A DNA stretch of 56,485 bases, filler included, from Sluysia triapertura (taxonomy: Eukaryota): assembly GCA_046118255.1 (NCBI GenBank). It is 3 parts of 3 records of this genome, joined end to end, with 100 filler letters (N's around TTAATTAATTAA, not from the genome) between each part and the next. Parts side by side here need not be neighbours in the genome. Positions count along the whole stretch, not along the records: positions 1 to 14,146 come from JBJNIA010005222.1; positions 14,247 to 40,931 come from JBJNIA010121971.1; 1 more part is not named here. The stretch is one strand, 5' to 3'. Positions 13,108 through 24,261 of this stretch are shown here, one piece after another. The stretch's first letter is position 1. The number at the start of each line of letters is the position of its first letter. The position numbers were made by a program, and so were the translations under genes. The notes beneath the pieces were generated by a model, which saw only the letters and a list, made by a program, of their open reading frames with translations, ran no database searches and was not told where the DNA came from.

Positions 13108-14082
13108 GTTTGCCGTTATTTCTTAATTCATCTACTATGTTTAAAAACTATAAAATCAATTTATTTGTCCTTAATAGTGTTATTTTTTATTTTTAATTAT
13201 GTAAAATATTAATTAGTGTCAAAAGTATTAACTTAAGTTATCGGAATTTAAATTTTGATTTCAAGAATCTTTTTTTAATGTACCGTGCCCGAATAGTTTT
13301 GTCATTTGCAAACTAAGCTTTTTATCAAAGCTTTTAATCCTTACTGTCGACGGGGAATTATTTTCTTTTAACCAAACATAAGACTTGTTTGGTTAAGCCT
13401 TAAGACACAATTCGCTTAGGGAACTTTAACAATATGGTTTTGCAAAATTTAATTCTGCGGATTTTGAGAATCAGTTAAAATGTGGATTATTTTTCTAAAC
13501 TTATTTGTTCGCTTACCTAATGATTGTAACACTAGTACAATTATTGATTGAGAAAATCCAAGCTTAGTAACTAATAATCTAGTACTTTCTTGTGGATTTA
13601 TCTATATGGGATTTCGCAGCGGTGCCGTAGTTTAAGGTTTTTGGAAAGATTAGATCTCCATTGTTAAACCTTTGATGCCAATTTTGAGCAGTACACATGT
13701 TTATAGCATCATCAATTAAAAGGTAAAGTTCAAGCTTTAATATATTTATGACTCAGTACAGTCAAATTCGTCAAATAGCAATAAATGATTTAAGTAAATT
13801 TATTAAATAAACTTTTGACAGGTTTGAAGAATAATGTAAGAATTAGAAAATGGAATTAATTGTTAATGATTTTATTTACATGAACTCATTCGAATATTCT
13901 GCAACTCATATTGATATTAAGATATTTCTATAATTATGTCGAACTTTAAGCAATTACTACCAAATGCGATAAAAGCTTTACATTCGTATCTTTAATCAAT
14001 ATGTAATTACTTTTATAGTGTAACAAAATTATAAAAATAAGTTTTAGTTTTATTCGATTGTTAAAATCTTATTTATTACAGG

Positions 14083-14083
<1 letters not shown>

Positions 14084-14135
<52 letters not shown>

Positions 14136-14140
14136 TTAAT
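14084..14140. repeat. (AAT)n microsatellite
   Basis: Direct reading. Confidence 0.95.
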
Positions 14141-14146
14141 ATTAAT

Positions 14147-14246
14147 NNNNNNNNNNNNNNNNNNNNNNNNNNNNNNNNNNNNNNNNNNNNTTAATTAATT
14201 AANNNNNNNNNNNNNNNNNNNNNNNNNNNNNNNNNNNNNNNNNNNN
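14147..14246. other. Assembly spacer with TTAATTAATTAA linker (contig join)
   Basis: 100-nt N block with the six-frame stop linker at 14191-14202, flanked by (AAT)n and (TTA)n microsatellites. Confidence 0.95.
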
Positions 14247-14265
14247 AGCGCAATATAAATTAATA

Positions 14266-14320
<55 letters not shown>
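14266..14320. repeat. (TTA)n microsatellite
   Basis: Direct reading. Confidence 0.95.
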
Positions 14321-15088
14321 GTATTCGTTTAATTACCACAATATACATCAACTTTCTACGATCCTATAAACATCAGTTTTTCCATGCATAGGTAAAGTTT
14401 TTTAAATAAATTTTAAAATTCCTAATAGTAAAAGATAGGATATTATTAAAAAACACTTAAAATCTGACCGTAACTGGCTTGGTTAACTTCTTTTTAAAAT
14501 ACATTGATTTCTCACACATAAGATTCACTCTTTCTTTTATTATTCATTTGTTACAAATTACTCGCTTAAAGCTGTACACATAATTTTGAGATAATACATT
14601 TTTGTATATCATAAGTTATTTGTTGGATACAAATTAAAATCTTAATAAGTATATCAGACCGTAATTGGCTGATTAAACTTCTAAAATCTATAAATGATTC
14701 GTCAGACCCTAACAGGCTGACTTAAAATGCGAATTAATCAAAATCGTTGAACACAATTTAGTTATTTTAAGTTCATACAATTTAATCATTTCGTCCACAT
14801 TAAGATAGATTATTAAGTTTAATTGTTTTGTTTATACTTGCTCATAGATTTATACGAATTCTTTGAAACACGTTATAATAGCGTAAGTAAACTTCATTTC
14901 TACGTTAAGATTATTAAAATCCTAATTAGAACGTCTTCGCTCAGATTTAAATCGTGTCTAATTAGACGAACTAATGAGCAGATTCATTTTGTAAGTATAA
15001 GTTAAGTCTTTTTAAGTTAAAATACTTATAAAAATAGTTATAAAATTTTATAGTTATTGTAAGACCGGTTTGTACCGGTCTTTCAATG

Positions 15089-15253
15089 TTTTGAGGAATA
15101 TCCACACGAAGTTTTAAGGATTACATATTTCAGTAAGATCTACTATCCAAGTATTGATGCAGATGGAAACGATTATCTAAATATATTGAGAAAAGAATGG
15201 AAGTCAGTTTTGAGCATTAATAGTGTAATATATTGACCCATGTTTCTGTTTAA
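15089..15253 (+). pseudogene. UBE2M: Degenerate NEDD8-conjugating enzyme Ubc12/UBE2M fragment
   Basis: FEEYPHEVLRITYFSKIYYPSIDADGNDYLNILRKEWKSVLSINSVIY*PMFLF versus the Ubc12 pattern [48 protein letters not shown]. The HPN motif is altered, the catalytic Cys reads Tyr, and there is an in-frame stop. Confidence 0.8.
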
Positions 15254-16099
15254 GTATTTAGGGCAAATATCAAATGATAATCTCACAGAATTTAAATATG
15301 GATAGTACACCGAATCCAATACCTAGCATGCAGAAAACGACTGCCAATTTTTTATAGTACACGTAGAAAGAACAATTCTACCAATAGAGTTTTGGATAGA
15401 GCATGGACTGAAAGCTCCAATCAATTTATAGTGTTTTTAGTTTAACAATACTTTTTATTTGTCAAGGATGGGTACCTACTCGAAAGTTAAACGTGCATCC
15501 CATAAGTTTAATTTCCAATCACCTGAATTTGATGAAGTCAATAGTATGAGCGGGCGAGTATTTATATCATTTGAAAAGTACTTTTTACAAGTGGACAAGA
15601 CACTAATAACTGCTGACTACCTTGCGCGATATTTACGTAAATACGAATATTATTTTGCACATCTGTTAGGCTAGAATTCCGTACAAAATTAAGTTAGTTT
15701 TACTCTTAATAATGAATTTGAAGTTATTTGCACTTTAATATCTGATTATTTCTATCTCTCAAGGAAAGTATTAAAAATGACTGTCGTGGAAAATCACCTG
15801 TAAACTCCAAATAGTCTAAAATTCCTTTACTATTAACTAGTAACGAAGCTTATTTGTCCTTGGTAGATACAATTAATTATAAAAAATTTTTAACATGCCT
15901 CTATTGGAATCAAAATATTTCTTAATTATTTGTTCTAATTTTTCATTGTATAACCTTTATTCATTTTTTAAGGAATTACATTGGTAGCCAATAAAAGCAA
16001 GAATAGAATTCAAAATCATGATAACAACTTATAAATTCTTATATTGTCTAAGTCCTGAATATTTCTTAGAAATAATAAAAAATTGGAAACCAAGATGAA

Positions 16100-16350
16100 T
16101 ATTTCATTGAGACATAAAATAATCTATACACAATCCACAGTGAAAACAAGCTAGATGATAGGTTTTATACCTCTTATGTTTCAAAAATATACAAGTTACC
16201 AGAGAATGTGAAATTACTGGAAAATTATGAAATATTTAAGAAAAAGGCAAAGTTCTTTCTGTTTCAGAAATTTTATAGTGAATGATTTAATTCAAGCGCT
16301 TTTGAATACTTTCGCAGTAGATATGAGCGCAATATAAATTAATATATTAT
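16100..16350 (+). mobile_element. 3' end of an L2/CR1-group LINE
   Basis: KLPENVKLLENYEIFKKKAKFFLFQKFYSE* (16194-16285) is a typical LINE ORF2 C-terminus. Its tail GAGCGCAATATAAATTAATATATTAT recurs at 14247, followed there by (TTA)n. Confidence 0.55.
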
Positions 16351-16994
16351 TTCCACATTGTGCTCGAATTTTAATGTACCACGCACGGTTCTTCGAATAT
16401 GTGTAATAAGACTAACATGCTTCCAGCAGGTCACTATCACAGAGAACAATTATTGTCAAAAAGTTTAACTCAAACAACTTCTTACGGTGTAAGTACACTT
16501 TAAATAACTCAAGTCATTTGCTACGTAGTTTGTTTGTGTCGCACATTTTTTAAATTTAGACGACTATGATATCTGTATTAGAAAGAAAGATATGCGACAT
16601 TGAGGTCATGTTTAGTCGTAATTGTAACTGTAATTATAAGCCCAATTAATATTTTCCACAAGCTCTGCACAATGCGCGGTGGATGGGACAATTATTTCTC
16701 GAGAACGCACAAACCAATCGAAATGACTACATAATTCATGGCACTAATGTCTGTCGATCAACAATAGTAGCATCCGAGAGAAAGGGCAAGACAACTTGTT
16801 GATTCCTTATGGTGTTTTATGAAATTGAGAAGCGTTTAAAACAAAATTTAAATCAAATGGAATAAAACTTAATTATAAAATTTGGTATCGATAATTCAGC
16901 TTAATTATTATTACGTATTATGTTATATATATTATAATCATTATTATTATTAATATTATTATTAACGTGATAATAATAATAATGCCTTATTGTA

Positions 16995-19900
16995 TCATCT
17001 TTGCAGTGCAGGACTAGGAGAGGTTGAGTGTTTGAGTGGGAGAACAGGAGGGGGTGTATCAGATGAGATACCAGTGGTGACAACTCGTCTAGGGGGTAGT
17101 GGGGGAGGAGCTTGTAAAATATCAGACATATCTTGAGTCATGGTATTAATGTTATTGTTGTCATAGGAGACATTATCATATCCGATTATATCGCCTATTA
17201 TAATTCCTGGAAGAATGGGAGGTGAAGCTGACTGATGTCTGGGTCGATTAGAAATTGTGGGAAGTGATGGCGATGGTCGAGTAGGCACTGGAGGTGGAGC
17301 TCGAACTCGATTACGAGGAGGTCTGGGAGGTGGAATAGGTTCTGGTGAAGGAGGGTGTGAGTAAGAATATGTTGATATTTTCAGAGGTAACGGAGGAGGA
17401 GACGATGTTGGAGGTGTATCACCCGTTCCCGTGGCTATACTTATATCTAATGTGGAAGATCTTTCATTGATTTGAGAAAGGGTAGATTGGCTAGGTTCTG
17501 GTGAACATGTAGGAGTGCGACTATTCGACACTAGTTTTAAATTATTATCAATCAATTGCTGTGCAAATCGAATTTCTTCTGGTGTCATACAACGTTTCTG
17601 GAATTATAATAGGACAATAGAGTAAATATAATTAAACAAATTAAACCAATTAGACTTCATTTGAAACTAAAGACGGTCAAATTAGTGTCATATTTTCGTT
17701 TCATAATAAATATGTTACACTTTTCTAATTCATCTTTAAAATGTACCTGAAACATTCTCAAACTTAAGCTTATGTTTATCATTGTACAATTACTAATAGA
17801 CAATATACAGGTAAATTAATATACAATTACTAATAGACAATATACAGGTAAATTTTGTCCAATTAATGATAAACGAATTCCGCAGACTTTTATACTTTAT
17901 TCATGTAATATGTGTAATTCTACTGATAGTGTGTGTATTTTAATTTTTCATAAACGAAATGTTTATTCTACTTTAGTTTTGTTGATAAATTTTACTGTGA
18001 CAAATGTTAAATCAGACCAAATGAATGTTATATTAATTGATAATAAAGATGAATAGTATTTTCAATCGTTTATTAAATTTTCCATTTTATATTATTAAAC
18101 TTTAACTGACAATTTGGATAATACTTATAATTTCAAATGAATATCCTTTCTGGTGAAACATCTTCTAAAGACACGTCTTCTTAGCAATGTTGAATCAATA
18201 ATATTTTCATCTTCAAACTCCTCTGATCTTTCGTGGAATTTATGAATTTATGGAAAATGAAAATGATTTCAAATATTTAATTTAATAATTTTATAATAAT
18301 GATAATAGTAATGATTATTGTAAACATGGAATTTCTGTTTTTAAAAATGTCAAATCAGAGAAGAGAATACTGAGGATTGTATTCAGATTACTTTAACTTC
18401 AATTCGTGCAGATATTAATTGTGTGTTGTATGAAAACAGAACAATTTCATTTGCCAAATCATAGATGGTATAAAGTAACTGCAATTTTGTGAATATATGT
18501 TTATTCTTAATTAATTTTTTATTTATTTATTCATATTTATTAAACTAATTAAAAGGAGAGAGGATTAATGACAAAATTACTACAATCACATTCGGATAAA
18601 GTAATCGTCAGGATTTGGGAGTAATTTACATAAATTATTTCTTGAACTATTCACTTATTGAGGTGACTTCTTTTTCTCACTCGCTGTAGGTAACTTCACC
18701 TGTTCGTCTGTGATTAAAATCTTTGGAAAGTATGAATTTGTTTATGAGGCTGGGACGCTATTCGTAAATGTATTATTATTCGGTTTTTCGAACTATCAAA
18801 TTTATCATTAAATTGCGTCCATAATTTATGGACGAAAATCGGTTTTTGTAGTAACACTGACAATCAGACCGATCTACTGTTAGACTTCATAAAATGGACT
18901 GACTGGGAATCGAGTAGGGACCCTCTTGCCGAGCAGTTCGATGAACAAAAAGGTCTCCTTTTCATTTTCACAATAGAAATCATGGATTTCTATATAGACT
19001 TTGTTTTCACTATGGTTTAACGGAGTTTGACCATTGTCTTTAAGGCCTTCACTGTAGGTTTACGGAGATTCGCTACAGACTTGTTGTCTCCTCCATAGAC
19101 GTGTTTACTTCACTTTAATCTTAATCTTCACCATAGACTTATTTGTTTCTGCTATGGATTTTTTAGGTCATGATTTTTTATACATGTAATTATACGTATT
19201 TGTTTCCATCATTGCATGAAGCGTTATCGGTACACATTGGCTTATGACTCCAGTCTCACACATTGCTCTGCCAGGGTCTTGATTTCGTTCCTGTAGAAGC
19301 CTAATTCGTTGTCATTATCCCATGATCCCAGAGCGCCAACAATAAATGTGTCCTGAGACCTTGCATTGGAGCTATGAGCCCGTCTAACAATTTTATTTTA
19401 TTATAGTCAATATTACTATCATAATTCTACATGGCAATTTAGGCCTTTACTCCAACACCATTAGCATCACTAAGTGATAAAATATTGCAGAAAGTAACAA
19501 TAATTACGTTGATTATTGTATCATCAGCATCTACATCTAAGTTTCTTGTGATTGTTCAAAACAGCAAAAAATTCCAGAAAATATTAAAACAAAACTTTTA
19601 ATAAAACAATAAAGAATAGTAATACAATATTAATAATTTATTTTGGAATAGATATTAAAATTAAATACAACATAATATCTAATGAACAAAAATGCTGAAA
19701 TAAAAATGATGCCTTGGTTTTATTAGGTTGTTGCATAAATTCTACAAAGTCTTTTTGATGTTTGTCCTAGTGCTATGCTCTACAAGATTCAAGTAATCAT
19801 TTTTGCCTATATTATTTTTTGTCTTTTTTAGAACCGTCAAATGGATTGTTAAGTCGACAAAAATCGCATTTTCGACACTTCCTTTTCCCTTTTAATCGAG

Positions 19901-22900
19901 GTCAAAGAGCGAGTGAAGCTACCAGAGATATTTCTGCCGTGTATGGAGAGGACGCTGTAGCTGAGAGAACTGCTCGGGATTGGTTTGCCAGATTCAAACA
20001 CGATAATTTCGACCTCAACGACACTCCTCGTTCCAGTCGAGATGGACAAGAACAAACTCGGGGATTTTTTGAAGGAAAATGGCCGCCAAACATGCAGAGA
20101 ATTGGGCGAAAAGATGAATTGTGATCTTGCGACAATTTCACGACACCTTTGATTTCTTTGGAAGTAAACGTATACAACAACCCAATAGAATTATAAATTG
20201 TGATTTTCCAATCAGTTATTGGAAATTTTGTAGGCAAGACTAAAAAAGCTTGCTTAAGGTAGTGTCACACTCTAGGAGAATATTAAAATCATAAATTATT
20301 TGAAATGAAACGTATTCGAAGAGGCTCTTTAAATTGAAAACGAAAAGCAAATCAATGTCAATGTACTCACAAAAGTATCAGTTATTCTAATCGATAATGC
20401 GCTATCAATTATTTGATTATGGATAATACGGGATCCACTTAGATCTCAATTTCAAAATAGAAAATTAATTCTATGACGTACTATAAATCTTAGAGACTTT
20501 GATTCGTGCAGTCAAAATTAGTATTATTCGAAGTAGCTTCTGTCAATATTACAAGCTTTGTTGTGAAAACAATTTTTACAAGAGGTAAAAGTTTCTGAAA
20601 TTAATGCCATTTTTTAATGATTTTTTTCTGTATATTTTGAGTAGGGACGTAAACAATAGGTAGAAATTGAAAGTGTTTACGAGTCCTATACCAGATACAG
20701 TTTTAAAATGAAGAATGAACCTTAGACCCCATAAAAACTCAACTTTCTAAATATTTCTCCTAATAAATTGTATGAACTGTCTAAATGGTACCCCCAACCG
20801 CACAAATCTAAACCTTCGTAATTAGACACAATTCTTCAGTTCTAACAAAATATCTCATTCTATAATAAACACTGTCATGGTGCCAACTCGTCACAATTGC
20901 AGCCATTCTACTGTCGTAATGAATTTTGAATCCTTATTATACTAAACTCGAAATAATAAAAGTTAATTAAAATCTCTGCGATAAATAGTTTTAAAGAAGA
21001 TATTGCGTTATTTGAAGCGAATAAATTATATTCAATGGAAGATATAATGATGACGAATTATTCGAAAGAATGTTTTGAAGTCCTAATAGATAAATTTATT
21101 AGACTGATCGACTGATTGTGAAGAACACACTGAAGTTAGTTTAAACTATAGACATCTTTTCTCAAATGCGAATTAAGTTTTTCGGTCTTCCATCAAAACC
21201 TGTGTAATCCAATCTGTTTCGGTGGTCCTTCTAACGTCCAATAATTAATTCCATCAATTTTGCTTCTTGTCCAATATTACTTAAAATAATCTTTCTGCTC
21301 ACAAACATCGTCATTATTATAATATTACAATAGTGATTCCTTTTCTTTCGAATCCCATAACTCATCTTCGTTATACAAATTCGTCATCATCGCAGTTTCT
21401 ATAACAACCTTGCACATGGGATTTCGAAGAAGTTGAAAATGCATCTGGAAGCTGGATTATAAAACAAATTACAAATTCGTAATGATACGCAATTTTTATG
21501 TTTATTAGAATATTATATATTATAAAATATAATAATAATAATTATAATTATTATTATTATTCTATGAATGAGAGAATACATAATTGTAATTGTTGGGCGT
21601 AATTAATTCGAAAAGGCCGTAAGCAATCATTTGTATGTATAATTTATTACATAAAATACATTACAGTACATTTATATTTCTATGTTCAGAAAGTAACAAT
21701 GCCAGACTACTGATACGTTTGTTATTTAAACAATGTTGTTAATTGGTCCATTCGATTTTAAAATATTACATCAATGTGACACTTTAAAATAATTGATATT
21801 GTACTTTATAAAGTGCAACTCAATAAAAGGTCTTAATTAAGTATGTCTAGGATACAATCCAACCAATATTAGAGAAGAAAATTAAACTTGTTTTTTCTAA
21901 AAATAAATTTTTTTGAAAGATATCACAGTGTCAGAAATGCCATTTTTATTCTTCGAAAAGCTTTTTACAATCATTACAATCAAGTATCTAGTCTTCTTTT
22001 TTCGTTTTACTTCCACTGCATACAAAACAAACTTTACGAGGGTTTTGGTAAGGTCGGACACATGAAAATGAAAAATATTTCTCTTTGGCTGTCAAACCTT
22101 TCTAATTAGTTTTTTCTTGAAGTCCATGAGTGAAAACAGTATCCATTGAAGAGAGAATACTACATGTTTTGGTATCAAATGAAAGCTCTTGTCATTATAT
22201 TTAATTATTATTAAAATTATTAAAAAATTTAATACTCTCTCATTTCAGTTAATTGTGATAATTTAAAGCTGAATATTTTGCATAATTCGCAGACCAACCT
22301 TATTCACATTTTTCAAACAGAAAGACCTCAATCGTAGTTAATTCGTGTTATAACTCACAATAAAATCACTTCATACAGTGGTGACCAAATTATTAGAATA
22401 AAGACGACCATTTTTGTGATAAAATTCAATATTTTTCAAGGATACTATGAAACTATTAATCAAAAGTGTATAAAAACATTGTCATTACTTTCTCCAAAAC
22501 ATTCTGGTGAAATTAAAATAATAGATAAAAATACTGAGATCCAAAACATACAGAAAGTTTATTCACGTGGAATGTGATAACACAATTTACTACAAACTGT
22601 TGTATCAGTACTTTGTTTACCATCCTTTGTTATCCAATAATTTCCTGATCCTTAAAGGCGCATGCCACGAATAAGCTTGATTTCGTCATACTTTTGATGG
22701 ACCACCACAATTTAATTGATGCTTCACCCTTGACACTGGTTCCGGCTAACTCCTTTTTGGCAATCCCTTCTTGCGTCATTTCAGTTTCTTTAAGATAAAC
22801 TTCAATTTTTCTTGTTTTAGTCTAAAAATTATGCCACCTGTGTAAATGTAACAGGAACAAGTGTCGAAGTACCACATCTCTAATGTATTAATCGATAATA

Positions 22901-23596
22901 CAACAATTATGAAATAAGAAATCAATAAGCAACCTGATAATAAAGAGATATTTAAAGTAACGTATATTGAAATCTATCAATCGTACATTACAAATGAATG
23001 TTACATATACATGATGAAATTAACAATACTAGACCGTGGAAATACGTTTTTCAACAGACATTTCAAATTTGTGATAATAAAAATTCTTTGGATCATTATT
23101 TCAATTCAAAATGGCACTTCTTCAAGTCTATGTTTTGTTTATTAATACATTGCTTTGTTACTGTTATTTTGTAACAAGCAACACAGAAATGTTTAAACAA
23201 TATATAATCATAATTTTCTAAAAACGCACAGAATGATGAACAATAATTTATGATATATAATTTACTGAAGAAGATACAATTAAAGAAATAAATTAATAAA
23301 AATATTAAAAATATCAAATAATTTTCATAATACATCTTCTTGGTTCTAGAGATTAGTATATTTTGTATATATATTAGTATATATCATTCTTATGCAATTC
23401 CGATTCGGAAATGTAATGATTTCTATGATGAGCATCTTACACAGAATGAGCATCTAACCTGATTGACATTGGCTGCAACCGGAGTTTCACCAGCCCGAGG
23501 TTGTATCTGAAGAGATAATCTGTACATGTACTCATCGAACTCAAACTTGTCCAATATTCCGACTTTTTCGTATGGATCCAAGTTACACAGGAACAA
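16995..23596 (-). CDS. SOS: Son-of-sevenless-like RasGEF, last two recognisable exons (end of CDC25 domain and Pro-rich tail); upstream exons not found
   Basis: Exon 23459-23596 (138 nt, AG/GT bounded, phase 0) reads LFLCNLDPYEKVGILDKFEFDEYMYRLSLQIQPRAGETP, like SOS1 [30 protein letters not shown]. Terminal exon 16995-17597 (phase 0) carries class II SH3/Grb2 motifs PPPLPLK, PPPRPPR, PPPVPTR, PPPLPPR and PVLPLK. Confidence 0.72.
17785..17854. repeat. ~37-bp tandem duplication
   Basis: TACAATTACTAATAGACAATATACAGGTAAATT occurs twice. Confidence 0.9.
18875..19458 (-). mobile_element. tRNA-containing repeat copy interrupted by a 425-bp insertion
   Basis: The 5' part 19369-19458 (GTGTTGGAGTAAAGGCCTAAATTGCCA...TGTTAGACGGGCTCATAGCTC) and the 3' part 18875-18943 (CATCGAACTG...CAGTCAGTCCATTTTATGAAGTCTAACAGTA) both align to the 35345 copy. 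Confidence 0.8.
18944..19368 (-). mobile_element. 5'-truncated RLE-type (NeSL/R5/Utopia/R2 group) non-LTR retrotransposon: ORF C-terminus plus 3' UTR
   Basis: Translates to DTFIVGALGSWDNDNELGFYRNEIKTLAEQCVRLES*. VGALGSW is the characteristic C-terminal motif after the restriction-like endonuclease in NeSL/Utopia-type elements. About 300 nt of putative 3' UTR follows. Confidence 0.68.
19723..20185 (+). mobile_element. Internally deleted mariner element retaining the transposase N-terminal HTH domains
   Basis: TIRs TTAGGTTGTTGCATA / TATACAACAACCCAA with TA TSD. Peptides KSHFRHFLFPFNRGQRASEATRDISAVYGEDAVAERTARDWFARFKHDNFDLNDTPRS and, frameshifted, ENGRQTCRELGEKMNCDLATISRHL. Confidence 0.9.
22376..22842 (-). 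mobile_element. Non-autonomous Tc1-family element, copy B
   Basis: TA|CAGTGGTGACCAAATTATTAGA terminus, with a degenerate opposite terminus TTTTAGTCTAAAAATTATGCCACCTGTG|TA. The segment 22376-22672 is the reverse complement of 23965-24261. Confidence 0.8.
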
Positions 23597-23812
23597 CTTA
23601 ATTTAGTAAATAGTATAAATATAAGTATAATTTAAATTACGACGAGATAATTCACCAAAAAGACTAATAAGAATAATGTGACTGACAATGAAACGATTTA
23701 ATTTGTTCGTTCAATTGTTCAAGGTCAATTCTCGTTTTCGAATAGAAAATTTGATAAAACCAAAGTTCATACCAAAATTACCTTACAAAATAACATGCAA
23801 ATTTTCAATCTA

Positions 23813-24261
23813 CAGTGGTGGCCAAATTATTAGACTAAAACAGTAAAAATATGTTTTACTTTGCTTTTCTTAATATTTGCTACCATGGCCTGGAAACTCT
23901 CCAGACATGAATCACACAGAAAATCTGTGGAACATTGTAAAAAAGAGAATTTCTACCCAAACTCATTCGTGGCATACGCCTTTAAGGATCAGGAAATTAT
24001 TGGATAACAAAGGATGGTAAACAAAGTACTGATACAACAGTTTGTAGTAAATTGTGTTATCACATTCCACGTGAATAAACTTTCTGTATGTTTTGGATCT
24101 CAGTATTTTTATCTATTATTTTAATTTCACCAGAATGTTTTGGAGAAAGTAGTGACAACGTTTTTATACACTTTTGATTAATAGTTTCATAGTATCCTTG
24201 AAAAATATTGAATTTTATCACAAAAATGGTCATCTTTAGTCTAATAATTTGGCCACCGCTA
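23813..24261 (+). mobile_element. Non-autonomous Tc1-family element, copy A
   Basis: TIRs CAGTGGTGGCCAAATTATTAGACT / AGTCTAATAATTTGGCCACCGCT. Internal LPWPGNSPDMNHTENLWNIVKKRI matches the Tc1 WPxNSPDLNPIENLW motif. Confidence 0.87.
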
